Assembly (NCBI GenBank): GCA_011620275.1
Contig: WOZK01000004.1
Span: 21,931 to 85,930, forward strand
Reading direction: 5' to 3'
DNA: 64,000 nt
Source: Candidatus Omnitrophota bacterium
GTDB lineage: Bacteria; Omnitrophota; Gorgyraeia; Gygaellales; Profunditerraquicolaceae
Under the pieces are notes generated by a model. That model had not been told where the DNA came from, ran no database searches, and worked only from the letters and a program-made list of their open reading frames with translations. The translations under genes and the position numbers were made by a program. Positions 28,911 through 38,673 of this stretch are shown here, in pieces (the stretch's first letter is position 1; each line of letters begins with the position of its first letter).

Positions 28911-29420
28911 TTATTTCTTTGTGTTGCCTTTATTGAGGGCGTCTATTATCTTATCGCTGATCTCCAGACCCTTGGTCTGGTAAACAAGCACCCTGTCATT
29001 GAAAATGAAGGTGTATCCCTCTTTCTCCGCGTAGGTCTTCACCGCGTTCTCTATATCCTTGAGGATCTCCTTCATCTTTTCATCTTGCTCCTTGCGCAGA
29101 TCCGTCTGCTTCTGACGGTCGAATTCCTGCAGGGCCTTAACCTTGGTCTCGATGTCGCCCTTTTTGGATTCCTTCTCCTTGTCGTTGAGAAGGTTGATTT
29201 TTTCCTGGAGCTGTTTGATTTCGTTGACCTTTTTTGTCCTTTCGGCGTCGTAGGCGGACTGTTTGTCGCCGAGTACCTTATCGTAATCCTTGGTTTTGTA
29301 ATACTCGTTGAACGTGCGGCTCAAGTCAATATATCCCAGTTTATCGGCTGCCGAAGCGCTGCCGGCTAACATGGCCAACACGAAAAGTCCCCCAAAAACA
29401 ACCCCTATTCCCTTTTTCAT
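28911..29420 (-). CDS. skp: Periplasmic chaperone Skp (OmpH)
   Basis: Signal peptide then ADKLGYIDLSRTF and a lysine-rich coiled-coil body. 169 aa. Between bamA and lpxD. Confidence 0.8.
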   Translation of the reverse strand: MKKGIGVVFGGLFVLAMLAGSASAADKLGYIDLSRTFNEYYKTKDYDKVLGDKQSAYDAERTKKVNEIKQLQEKINLLNDKEKESKKGDIETKVKALQEFDRQKQTDLRKEQDEKMKEILKDIENAVKTYAEKEGYTFIFNDRVLVYQTKGLEISDKIIDALNKGNTKK

Positions 29421-29703
29421 TTCCTCTCCTCCTTTTTTATCCTTTGATTGATTGTTTGTTTGGCAAGGATAGCGCCGAATCGTTTGTTTACCAGTACTTT
29501 ATTAAAATTTATTTTCTTTGTGCTTACTTTCCAAAAGCCATCTTATTGTAACATATTGGCATTAGAAACGCTGCGCGTATTTTAATGCGTTGATTATCTT
29601 TGATTTCATGTCGGTTTAACGCTACTTCTCGGCGATAAAACCATTAAATTGAGCCGTTCTTTAACAAAGTACTGATACACTAAAAAACTTATGTAACAGA
29701 ACA

Positions 29704-32106
29704 CTAGAACCCGTGGCTCATATTGAAATGGAACCTGCCGTCGCCTTTGGAGTCCTCTCCCGAAGCCTTGTCGAGCGGGATACCGTAATCAAGCATGATT
29801 GGGCCGATCGGCGTCTTGATGCGGAAGCCTATACCGGTGCCGGCTTTCAACCCGCCGCTGCCCAATTTGTTGGCTTTTTCCCAAACATTACCGATATCAT
29901 AGAAAAACGCCACGCGCAGGAAATTCATCAGCGGATACGTGTATTCGGCGTTGGCGACCATTATCGCCTGACCGCCCTTGGGATCATCATTCCCGTAGTA
30001 TGGACCGATCCTGCGTTCCTTGTAACCGCGGATGGTATTGGCTCCTCCGGCGAAATATCGCTCATAAATAGGCACTGTGGAAGTATCTCCATAAGGTTCA
30101 GCCACGCCCGTGCGCAGCCTCAATTCCATCACCGACTTCATGAACAGCGGCTGGTAATGCGACATCCTCAGGAAAAGCTTGTAGAAGTCTTTGTCTCCTC
30201 CGAACGGACCGCCGGCGACGTCAACAGTGCCGCTGACAAGATCTCCCCTGCGCGGGTCGAACACATTATCCCTGCTGTCGTAGGTGAAGCCGTAATTCAT
30301 ACTGCTGATATTATATTTCCCAATTTCCTCTTCTATAAATTCGGTGTTTGTATTTAAGTCATCGCTGGGATTGCTGATCTCGATCTGCTCATACTTATAC
30401 ATCACGCTACCCTTGAGATACTCGCTCAGGTCCTTAGTCAGGCGCAGGTCGCCGCCGGTGACGTCTTCATCGTAGCCGTAACCGACGTCGGAATCGCGCT
30501 CGTGCGTACGCCTGTAAATATCGAAACCGAATGAAACCGGATAATCGAATATCCAGGGCTGGGTAAAGCTCAGTTCATACCCTTGGGTCAGGCTGCCGAT
30601 AGAAGCCCTGATCTTCAGGTCCTGCCCGCCGCCGGTGAAATAGGGAAAATTCTTCCAGTCGAAATTTCGCTGTTCTATCTCCACAAAACCGATGAACTCG
30701 TCCACGCTGCTGTAGCCGCCGCCGAAGCTAAACATACCGGTCTTCGACTCTTTCACGTCCACCACCAGGTCTTTGCGGTTGGGGACATCGGTATCCTCGG
30801 TATCGTAGCTGATCTCCTCGAAAAACCCGAGGTTCTGCAGCCTTTCCTTGCTCCTGCGCAGCTTGTCTCCGTCGAAACGGTCGCCGGGATGTATACGCAG
30901 TTCACGGCGGATGACTATATCCCTGGTCTTGACGTTGCCGCGTATCTTGATCTTGTTCACGTAGGCGATATCGTTCTCGACTATACGGTAAAGAATGTCC
31001 ACGTTGCCGTTGACCAGGCTTAAAGACGTGCTCTCCAGCACCCCGGCAAAGATGTAGCCTTTATCGAAATACAAACCCTGGATGGATGCGATATCTTCGT
31101 GCATCCCCTCCTGACTGAATACCTTGCCCGGCACGCAAACCTTGATCCTCTCCATTATGTCTTTCTGCGCGATATCTTTGTTCCCTTCTACCTTCACGGA
31201 GCCCACGAAATATTTCCTGCCCTCGTTTATGGTAACTATGACCGACAGGGTATTACGGTGTTTGTTCGGGACCACTTCGTAAGAAACCGTCATATCCGCG
31301 TAGCCGCTGCGCCTGTAGAAATCGCGCAGCCGATCCATATCCTCCTTTATTACTTCTTCCTTAAGTATCCCGGAATTGAAAAGCCAGGCGCGCCTGGTCT
31401 TCATTATCTTTAATATCTTGCCTTTTTTGTATGCCTTGGCGCCGCGGACGAAAATGTCCCGTATCTTGGCCCTGAAGCCTTCTTCTACCTTGAAAATGAC
31501 CAGCGCCTTGCCGTTCTCCTTGTTGAAATCAACGGAATATTCGACTTTCGCGTTGCTGTAGCCGCGCTTCTCGTAAAGCGCCCTCAGCGTCGCGCTGTCA
31601 TCGGTCAATGTCGGATGGTCGAGATACTGCGATTCTTTTGACTTAATCATCCCTTTAAGCTTATCTTCTTTCATACGAAGGGTTTTCACCCCTGAAAAGG
31701 AAATTTTTTCTATAAGCGGACGCTCGTTGACCGTTATCACGAGCTTGAGCCCGCCGTTATAAGGCTTGACGTCTGTATTTATATCGCTAAAAAAACCGAG
31801 CAGATACAGCCTCTTGATGTCGTCGCTTACAACGTTCTCCTGGTAAAGGCCGCCGACTTTCGTCTTTATTTTGGCTATTATGGTATTGGTGCTGATGGTT
31901 TTGTTACCGGCGACTTCTATCGCGGTAACCTTGGAATCCGGAGATATTGTCGGAGAATTCTCTACCCGGGGAAGCGTTGCGGCTGAAGAAGGAGCAGCCT
32001 GCGAAACGCCGCTGCCGGCAGGCTGGGAATCCTGCGCGAATGCGGCGGCCGCCATGAAAAAGGCGAGAACAAAAGGTATTGCCCGGAACATATTCTTATG
32101 CGTCAT
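29704..32106 (-). CDS. bamA: Outer membrane protein assembly factor BamA
   Basis: 800 aa with signal peptide, POTRA repeats and C-terminal Omp85 barrel (ends ...RFHFNMSHGF). Confidence 0.9.
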   Translation of the reverse strand: MTHKNMFRAIPFVLAFFMAAAAFAQDSQPAGSGVSQAAPSSAATLPRVENSPTISPDSKVTAIEVAGNKTISTNTIIAKIKTKVGGLYQENVVSDDIKRLYLLGFFSDINTDVKPYNGGLKLVITVNERPLIEKISFSGVKTLRMKEDKLKGMIKSKESQYLDHPTLTDDSATLRALYEKRGYSNAKVEYSVDFNKENGKALVIFKVEEGFRAKIRDIFVRGAKAYKKGKILKIMKTRRAWLFNSGILKEEVIKEDMDRLRDFYRRSGYADMTVSYEVVPNKHRNTLSVIVTINEGRKYFVGSVKVEGNKDIAQKDIMERIKVCVPGKVFSQEGMHEDIASIQGLYFDKGYIFAGVLESTSLSLVNGNVDILYRIVENDIAYVNKIKIRGNVKTRDIVIRRELRIHPGDRFDGDKLRRSKERLQNLGFFEEISYDTEDTDVPNRKDLVVDVKESKTGMFSFGGGYSSVDEFIGFVEIEQRNFDWKNFPYFTGGGQDLKIRASIGSLTQGYELSFTQPWIFDYPVSFGFDIYRRTHERDSDVGYGYDEDVTGGDLRLTKDLSEYLKGSVMYKYEQIEISNPSDDLNTNTEFIEEEIGKYNISSMNYGFTYDSRDNVFDPRRGDLVSGTVDVAGGPFGGDKDFYKLFLRMSHYQPLFMKSVMELRLRTGVAEPYGDTSTVPIYERYFAGGANTIRGYKERRIGPYYGNDDPKGGQAIMVANAEYTYPLMNFLRVAFFYDIGNVWEKANKLGSGGLKAGTGIGFRIKTPIGPIMLDYGIPLDKASGEDSKGDGRFHFNMSHGF

Positions 32107-32301
32107 ATCCGAAGTGAAATTTTATACCTCATACACGTTAACCCCGGCCGCGTCACCGTCGAAAAATACACGGTCGCAACAATTTTTCTCAGTATAACAC
32201 ACCGCATTCAAAAAGCAATAGAAAAATCTCTCCCCGAATTAACTCATATGAAATCTAACCGAAAGTTTTCTATACAGGCAGGTATCGTTGACTCATCAGA
32301 T

Positions 32302-33242
32302 CCCGGGGACACAATACTTAATTATAAGTTTCCTGTAAGTTTTAAATGGGTACGTAGTGTTTATTAAGTCTGGTAAAATCCAAACGGCCGGTTACCAGGA
32401 AAGCGCCGATCCTGAAGTACCGGAAGGTGCTGAAACCTATGGCGTTAGCCTTAGCCGCCTGAATTAAGAAATTAAGTCCTTCAAGGAAACCGTTATCAAT
32501 GTGCGATTTCTTCCACTGCACAACACCTTCCCAGTGAGCTTTAATCGTGCGGGCGGCTTTGTGTCTGTACTTCTTGTTTGCGAACCGTATCAACTGCCGT
32601 GTTGATGATTTTGATGATATGGAACCGGCCAAAGGTAATCTCGGCGTTAGGGAAATTATCCTTAATGCCCTTTATAAAAGCCGGCCACATATCACAACTG
32701 ACATCCGTGACTGCCTGCGGGTTGCCGTTGTGTTCTTTGATATCCTCGGCAAAAGCTTCAACGGTCTTTTGGTCATTGCCTTCGGCGATGAAAACGGTTC
32801 GCTTCTTGAGAAGGTCAACGAACAAGGTAATGTAATCGTGGCCCTTACGCCTTGAAGTCTCATCTATGCCGACGCCTTTAAGATCCCTGTAATCGTTGCC
32901 GGCCAAGGCCAGAGTCACATAACGTTCCAGTATCGCCCAAATCTTGTAATCTGATTCGCCAGTAATCCGGCTGACAGTATGAACCGGCATATGGCCGGCT
33001 AACTGGATAAGCAAAATGAAAAATCGCGCCTTTGTGAAAATCAATGTGAATATCCAGCCGCTTGCTTTCGGCGCTAAACTGGATATCTTTGATATACCAC
33101 GGTTCTTGAATATTTAGAGCAAGCTCAAACAGCTGTTGGGTAAACATTGGCATCCTCCTGGTTTATTGTTCCTACAGGATTATACCAAATTACCCATTCG
33201 AATTTCAGTAGACTGTTAAATTAAGTATTGTGTCCCCGGAAT
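32302..33242. mobile_element. Degenerate ISL3-family element, bounded at both ends by inverted copies of the 23-bp repeat (32302..32322 and 33220..33242)
   Basis: The left end is cccggggacacaatacttaat. The right end is attaagtattgtgtccccggaat. The internal transposase reading frame is frameshifted. The element is AT-rich. Confidence 0.6.
32342..33153 (-). pseudogene. ISL3-family transposase split over three frames (at least two frameshifts)
   Basis: The frames contain ISL3-like segments (HTH-like VSRITGESDYKIWAILERY; DDE core GVGIDETSRRKGHDYITLFVDL, CDMWPAFIKGIKDNFPNAEITFGRFHIIK; and a C-terminal NGFLEGLNFLIQAAKANAIGFSTF). Confidence 0.7.
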
Positions 33243-33249
33243 TACGGAA

Positions 33250-34596
33250 TCAGAACTCTACCCTGGCGTAATTCTCAAAACGGGTATATTCTTTTATGAA
33301 GGAGAGTTTAACCGACCCGACCGGGCCGTTACGTTGTTTGGCGACTATGATTTCGGCGATACCTTGATTTTCCGGGGTGGGATTATAATATTCTTCCCTG
33401 AGAATAAGCACCACCACGTCGGCGTCCTGTTCAATGGCTCCCGATTCCCTCAAATCCGATAACTGCGGACGGTGATCGTCGCGACGCTCCACGGCGCGCG
33501 AAAGCTGGCTGATGGCGATAACCGGCACGTTAAGCTCCCTGGCCAGCGCCTTCAAGGAACGCGATATTTCGGATATCTCCTGCTGTCGGCTTTCGTCCGA
33601 ACCGCTGCCGCTGCCGCGCATCAACTGCAGGTAATCCAAAATTATAAACTGGATATCGTGGTGAGATTTGAGCCTGCGCGCCTTGGCGCGCAGTTCCATT
33701 ACCGATATGCCCGGGGTATCATCGATATAGATGGGTGCCTCGGAAAGCCGTCCGGCGGCCGCAGTGAGTTTGGGCCAGTCGGACGCGGAAAGATAACCGG
33801 TCCTGACCTTGTGGGCATCGACCCTGGCGTGAGAACAAAGCATCCTTTGCACCAACTGTTCTTTGGACATTTCCAGGCTGAATATGGCGGTGGGCACCTT
33901 GGCGGATACCCCGGCGTATTCGGCCATGGACAAAGCCAAGGCGCTCTTACCCATGGAAGGACGCGCCGCCACAATCACCAGGTCGGACGCCTGCATACCG
34001 GAAGTTATCGTGTCGAAATCCAGGAAACCGGTGGGGATACCGGTGACATGCGCCTTCTTCTGGTAGAGACGATCGATATTCTCTATACTGTCCTTGATAA
34101 TCTCTTTCAGGTGGACGGCGCTTCCCCGGTGGCGGCGGTCGCTCACTTCGAAGATGAGTTTCTCGGCGTTATCGACCACCTCGCGGACGTTCCCCTCGTT
34201 CTCGTAACAGGAAGAGATGATGCGAGTGGCGCTGCTGATTAGCCCGCGCAGAACGCTTTTATCGCGGACTATCCCGCTGTAATGACGGATGTTGGCCGCG
34301 CTCGGCACCGCGTTGACCATAGACGCCAGATAACTGGCTCCGCCGGTCTCCTCGAGTATCCCCTTGCGGCGCAGTTCGTCTGTCAGCGTGATAAGATCAA
34401 CCGCCTTGTTGACGTTGAAAAGATCCAGTATGGTCTCGAATATCTTGCGGTGGGAATCTTTATAGAAACATTCTTTGCCGAGGTGCTCCGCGGCGACCGC
34501 TATCGCCTCTTCATCCATAAGCATGGAGCCGATTACCGCCATTTCGGCGTCCAGGTTCTGCGGCGGGAGCTTCTCGATGGAACTTTCCGTAGGCAT
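33250..34596 (-). CDS. dnaB: Replicative DNA helicase DnaB
   Basis: Walker A GARPSMGKSALAL, 448 aa, directly downstream of rplI. Confidence 0.92.
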   Translation of the reverse strand: MPTESSIEKLPPQNLDAEMAVIGSMLMDEEAIAVAAEHLGKECFYKDSHRKIFETILDLFNVNKAVDLITLTDELRRKGILEETGGASYLASMVNAVPSAANIRHYSGIVRDKSVLRGLISSATRIISSCYENEGNVREVVDNAEKLIFEVSDRRHRGSAVHLKEIIKDSIENIDRLYQKKAHVTGIPTGFLDFDTITSGMQASDLVIVAARPSMGKSALALSMAEYAGVSAKVPTAIFSLEMSKEQLVQRMLCSHARVDAHKVRTGYLSASDWPKLTAAAGRLSEAPIYIDDTPGISVMELRAKARRLKSHHDIQFIILDYLQLMRGSGSGSDESRQQEISEISRSLKALARELNVPVIAISQLSRAVERRDDHRPQLSDLRESGAIEQDADVVVLILREEYYNPTPENQGIAEIIVAKQRNGPVGSVKLSFIKEYTRFENYARVEF

Positions 34597-34722
34597 AATT
34601 CTACAAAATGGGATGAAGACCGAAGAATGAAGTACGAAACTTGCTAACTAAAGATAAATACGAAGGTATTTCTTGCGTCCTTCGTGCCTCGTCCCCCGTC
34701 CTTCAAATTATGGATTCTTTTC

Positions 34723-35166
34723 TTATTTCTTCACCACCCATACCTTGACCTTACCTTCGACTTCAGGGTGGAGTCTAACCGGAACTTCGTAAATCCCGAG
34801 GGCCCTGATAGGCTCCTCGAGCAGTATATCTCTCTTCTGCAGAATAATGCCTTCGTCTTTCAAGGCCTGCAGGATATCCACGGAGGAGATACCGGCGTAC
34901 AGTTTATCGTCCTCCTGAGTGAGCACCGGCATGGTCAAAGAGAGAGCCTCAAGGCGCGCGCGCGTCTTCTCGGCTTCATTCTTCAAGGCCTCCAGTTCTT
35001 TGGCCTTTTTTTTCATTTTCGCTTCCAGCGCCTTCAGGTTCCCCGGAGTGGAAGGAAGCGCCAGCTTCCTGGGGAACAGAAAATTACGGGCGAACCCGTC
35101 TTTCACATTAATCACGGTCCCCAGTTTGCCGATTTTATCGATATTATCGGTAAGTATCACTTTCAT
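34723..35166 (-). CDS. rplI: 50S ribosomal protein L9
   Basis: MKVILTDNIDKIGKLGTVINVKDGFARNFLFP. Confidence 0.9.
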   Translation of the reverse strand: MKVILTDNIDKIGKLGTVINVKDGFARNFLFPRKLALPSTPGNLKALEAKMKKKAKELEALKNEAEKTRARLEALSLTMPVLTQEDDKLYAGISSVDILQALKDEGIILQKRDILLEEPIRALGIYEVPVRLHPEVEGKVKVWVVKK

Positions 35167-35167
35167 T

Positions 35168-35437
35168 TTAAGCCCTCGAATAAGGTAACAGGGCCAGGAA
35201 CCTCGCCCTTTTGATTGCAGTCACAAGTCTCCTTTGATGCTTGGCGCAATTCCCCGAGAGACGGCTGGAAACAATCTTACCCCTGTCCCTCATGAAGAAT
35301 TCGAGCCTCTTGATGTCTTTATAATCTATGTTTTCCATCTTGTCGGCGCAGAAACGGCATATCCTCTTGCGGCCGGAAGAACCGGAATCCTTTCTTCTCT
35401 TGTTTCTGTTAGGCGTTTTCCTGATTTTCTCTTTCAT
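35168..35437 (-). CDS. rpsR: 30S ribosomal protein S18
   Basis: [45 protein letters not shown]. Confidence 0.9.
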   Translation of the reverse strand: MKEKIRKTPNRNKRRKDSGSSGRKRICRFCADKMENIDYKDIKRLEFFMRDRGKIVSSRLSGNCAKHQRRLVTAIKRARFLALLPYSRA

Positions 35438-35858
35438 TGAACTTCTCCTCGCTTTCTCCCATCCATTCAGCTTCAGTGGAATGTTCCATATTCGTCTCTG
35501 CCGGCGCCGCCGCTCCGTCCCTGGCGCCGCCTCCGCCGAGGAATTGCACCCGCTCGGCCCTCACTTCTATCGTACTGCGTTTTTGCCCGCTGGCATCTTC
35601 CCAGGAACGCGACTGCAGGCGCCCCTCGATGAAAACCGGACTGCCTTTGCGCAGATACTGATTGCAGGTCTCGGCCTGTTTATCCCAGACTACCGCCGTC
35701 ACGAAACAGGTCTCTTCTTTTAATTCCTGGTTCCTGTCCTTGAACCTGCGGTTGACCGCCAGACGAAGATTAACCACACCGGTCCCCTGCGGGGTATAAC
35801 GCAACTCCGGATCCTTGGTCAGGTTGCCGATAAGAAACACCCGGTTAAAATTAGCCAT
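35409..35858 (-). CDS. ssb: Single-stranded DNA-binding protein
   Basis: [27 protein letters not shown] fold with an acidic C-terminal tail. 149 aa. Confidence 0.88.
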   Translation of the reverse strand: MANFNRVFLIGNLTKDPELRYTPQGTGVVNLRLAVNRRFKDRNQELKEETCFVTAVVWDKQAETCNQYLRKGSPVFIEGRLQSRSWEDASGQKRSTIEVRAERVQFLGGGGARDGAAAPAETNMEHSTEAEWMGESEEKFNERENQENA

Positions 35859-35891
35859 ATCGCATCCTCCCCCGTCCGGCTAAGAAAGCAA

Positions 35892-36185
35892 TTACTTGCT
35901 CTCATGCACGGTTATAAGCGTCCTTAACACGTTATCATTCAGTTTATACACCCCGAGTATCTTTTCTATAGCCCCGGGTTCGGCCGAGAAATCGATCAGA
36001 TAATAAACTCCCTCCGCGTGCTTCTTGATGGGGAACTGCAGTTTCCTGCGCTCTGCCCAGACTCCCGCCTGCGCCACGGTACCCGTGTTTGCGGTTATCG
36101 TATCCGTAAGCTGCGCCAGAACGGCCTTTCTTTCGTCTTCGGAAAGTTCCGGCTTAATAATCACCATAGCTTCATACTTATTCAT
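35892..36185 (-). CDS. rpsF: 30S ribosomal protein S6
   Basis: MNKYEAMVIIKPELSE... It is first in the rpsF-ssb-rpsR-rplI block. Confidence 0.88.
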   Translation of the reverse strand: MNKYEAMVIIKPELSEDERKAVLAQLTDTITANTGTVAQAGVWAERRKLQFPIKKHAEGVYYLIDFSAEPGAIEKILGVYKLNDNVLRTLITVHESK

Positions 36186-36248
36186 CCTGTCTTGCTCCTT
36201 TTCTATTCCTATTGTTATCCCGCTCCGCTTGGCTAAGGTAAAACCGGC

Positions 36249-36836
36249 TTAAGACCCCGGGATTTCCGGGCGGAGGAAATTGAAACGATTCATCGCCTTC
36301 TCCGTTCCTTCCGCAAGCCAAGTCTTGCAGCACTCTATAGCCGTCTCCAGTACTCCCGGCAGGGAGCCTTTTTCAAACGGACCGAATTTCTCAAGAACGT
36401 ATACGGCAGCATCGATCCCGGCAGACGGCCTGCCTATCCCCATCCGCAGACGGCAGAAGTCTACATTTCCCAGGGATTCGATTATCGAAGCTATCCCTTT
36501 GTGCCCTCCGGAGGACCCGCCGCGCTTAATCCGGAGCGTCCCGAAATCGAAATCCATATCGTCGCAGACGACCAGAAGTTCGTAACCGCCCTTGCCGTAT
36601 TTGGCGGTCATGGCCTTCACTGCGCGTCCCGATAAATTCATATACGTGTACGGCAAGGCCAGGACGACTTCCTCTCCGCAGAAAGTTCCGCGGGCGATAA
36701 ATGAATACACGCCGCTGTCCCGCCTGAAAGACAGCCCGGCCTCGCATCCCAACGCCTGCACCAAAATATTACCCAGGTTATGCCTGGTATTCACGTATTC
36801 TTTCCCGGGATTCCCCAGGCCGACGATGAATTTCAT
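36249..36836 (-). CDS. pth: Peptidyl-tRNA hydrolase
   Basis: MKFIVGLGNPGKEYVNTRHNLG. Confidence 0.9.
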   Translation of the reverse strand: MKFIVGLGNPGKEYVNTRHNLGNILVQALGCEAGLSFRRDSGVYSFIARGTFCGEEVVLALPYTYMNLSGRAVKAMTAKYGKGGYELLVVCDDMDFDFGTLRIKRGGSSGGHKGIASIIESLGNVDFCRLRMGIGRPSAGIDAAVYVLEKFGPFEKGSLPGVLETAIECCKTWLAEGTEKAMNRFNFLRPEIPGS

Positions 36837-36840
36837 CGGT

Positions 36841-37515
36841 TTACTTCTTCTCTTTGTCCTTGGATTCTTCCGCGGGCGCTTCTTTTTTCTCTTTTATGAC
36901 TTCCGGCTCGGCCTTCGCTTCACCCTCCGCCGCCGCCTCTTCCTCCACCGCCTGCACCGTCGGAGCCGCGACCGTGAAGAGCACGCTTTCCGGTTCGGTC
37001 AGGGCCTTTACCCCGGACGGAAGATTCAAATCCTTGACGTGCATGGATTCGCCGAGTTTCAGCCCGCTGATGTCCACTTCTATCTTTTCAGGGATGTCGG
37101 TAGGAAGACACTCCACCTCTATTTCCCAGAGGATATGCTCCAGTGACCCGCCTTCCTGCTTTACACCTGCAGGTTCGCCGCTGCCGATGATCGGCACGTT
37201 CAAACGCAGTTTTTTGTCCATCGAAATAGAGTTAAAATCGACGTGGATGATATCCCCGTGCAGCGGATCCAGCTGTATGTCCTTTATAAGACAAGGTTTC
37301 TCCGTTTCGCCTTCCATCCTCAAGGTAACGAGCGCATTCTCCAGCCTGTGTTTATGCACCAGGTCGAAAAGCTGGCGCATGGAGACCTGCACGGGACGCC
37401 CTTCCTTGCCTTCTCCGTAAATTACCGCCGGGATAAAACCTTTATCGCGGAGAGCCTTGACCTTGCTCCTGCCGGTCTCGGCCCTTGTCTCGACGTTAAG
37501 AAACATTTTTTCCAT
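36841..37515 (-). CDS. rplY: 50S ribosomal protein L25 / general stress protein Ctc
   Basis: L25 N-domain with an acidic or lysine-rich C-terminal tail. 224 aa. Between prs and pth. Confidence 0.85.
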   Translation of the reverse strand: MEKMFLNVETRAETGRSKVKALRDKGFIPAVIYGEGKEGRPVQVSMRQLFDLVHKHRLENALVTLRMEGETEKPCLIKDIQLDPLHGDIIHVDFNSISMDKKLRLNVPIIGSGEPAGVKQEGGSLEHILWEIEVECLPTDIPEKIEVDISGLKLGESMHVKDLNLPSGVKALTEPESVLFTVAAPTVQAVEEEAAAEGEAKAEPEVIKEKKEAPAEESKDKEKK

Positions 37516-37645
37516 TACCGCTACCTCTCTTCCTTATGCAGTACTGCCTTGTGCTTGAATACCGGAGTAAAGCCCGCCGCGACTACCGCCCGGCGGACAT
37601 TAGCCTGCGTCCGCTAATCGGCGGCCTGGGCGCTCGGAGAAAACT

Positions 37646-38584
37646 CTAATCGAACAGAGAGCTTACCGACTCCTCGTTATGTATCCTTCTTATCGCCTCT
37701 CCCAACAGAGGCGCGACCGACAACGTTCTTAACCGCGGATGCACCCTGCTGCCTTCGGAAGGGATACTGTCTGTGATAACCAGTTCCTCGAGCCAGCGGC
37801 AGGCGTCCAGGCGCTCCATAGCCGGGCCGGAAAGCACCCCGTGGGTGATGCCCGCCCTGATCGATCTGGCTTTATACTTATGCAATATCTCCACCGCTTC
37901 GAAAAGCGAACTGCCGGTGGCTACCAAATCGTCGACGATAAGGACATCTTTTCCTTCCACCTCGCCTAATATATGCATAACCTCGGCCTTGTCCGGCGAT
38001 ATCCGCCTTTTGTCTATAATTGCCAGCGACGCCATCAGCCTCTTGGCATACGACCTGGCCATTTTTATGCTGCCGACGTCTGGGGATACCACCACGATAT
38101 TCTTTAATCCCAGGTTCTTGATATAATCTATGAAAACCCCCACGGCGAACAGGTGGTCCACCGGGATATCGAAAAATCCCTGTATCTGCCCGGCGTGCAG
38201 GTCCATTGTCAGCACCCTGTTTGCACCGGCGGTTGTCAAAAGATTAGCCACGAGCTTGGCGCTGATGGGAACGCGCGGCTGGTCTTTCCTATCCTGCCTG
38301 GCGTAACCGAAATAAGGCATCACCGCAGTTATGCGCTGGCTGGATGCTCTTTTGAGGGCATCAATCATCACCAGCAGCTCCACCAGATTCTCATTCACCG
38401 GAGGGCACGTCGGCTGGACGATAAAAACGTCCTTGCCCCGTATGTTATCGTTTATCTTTACCCTTACCTCGCCCTCGCTGAATCTGCCTACCATCGCATC
38501 CGAGACATCTATCTTGAGGTAATTGCAAATGCTCTTAGCCAGTTCAGGATGGGCGTTACCGGTGAATACCGCGAGTTTATTCAT
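37646..38584 (-). CDS. prs: Ribose-phosphate pyrophosphokinase
   Basis: MNKLAVFTGNAHPELAKSIC..., PRPP-binding VLIVDDLVATGSS, 312 aa. Confidence 0.92.
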   Translation of the reverse strand: MNKLAVFTGNAHPELAKSICNYLKIDVSDAMVGRFSEGEVRVKINDNIRGKDVFIVQPTCPPVNENLVELLVMIDALKRASSQRITAVMPYFGYARQDRKDQPRVPISAKLVANLLTTAGANRVLTMDLHAGQIQGFFDIPVDHLFAVGVFIDYIKNLGLKNIVVVSPDVGSIKMARSYAKRLMASLAIIDKRRISPDKAEVMHILGEVEGKDVLIVDDLVATGSSLFEAVEILHKYKARSIRAGITHGVLSGPAMERLDACRWLEELVITDSIPSEGSRVHPRLRTLSVAPLLGEAIRRIHNEESVSSLFD

Positions 38585-38673
38585 CTCTCTCCGATTCCTC
38601 CGTATGGCAAAAAAAACTTGGTCTTGGAATGAAGTTTCCCGGACTCGAAAGCCGGGGATCTCTGCGTCCTGAT

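Noticed and set aside
32342-33153. Programmed ribosomal frameshifting in the ISL3 transposase.
   Set aside because: ISL3-family transposases are not known to use frameshifting. The breaks do not fall on slippery heptamers I could recognise. Decay or indel error is the simpler explanation.
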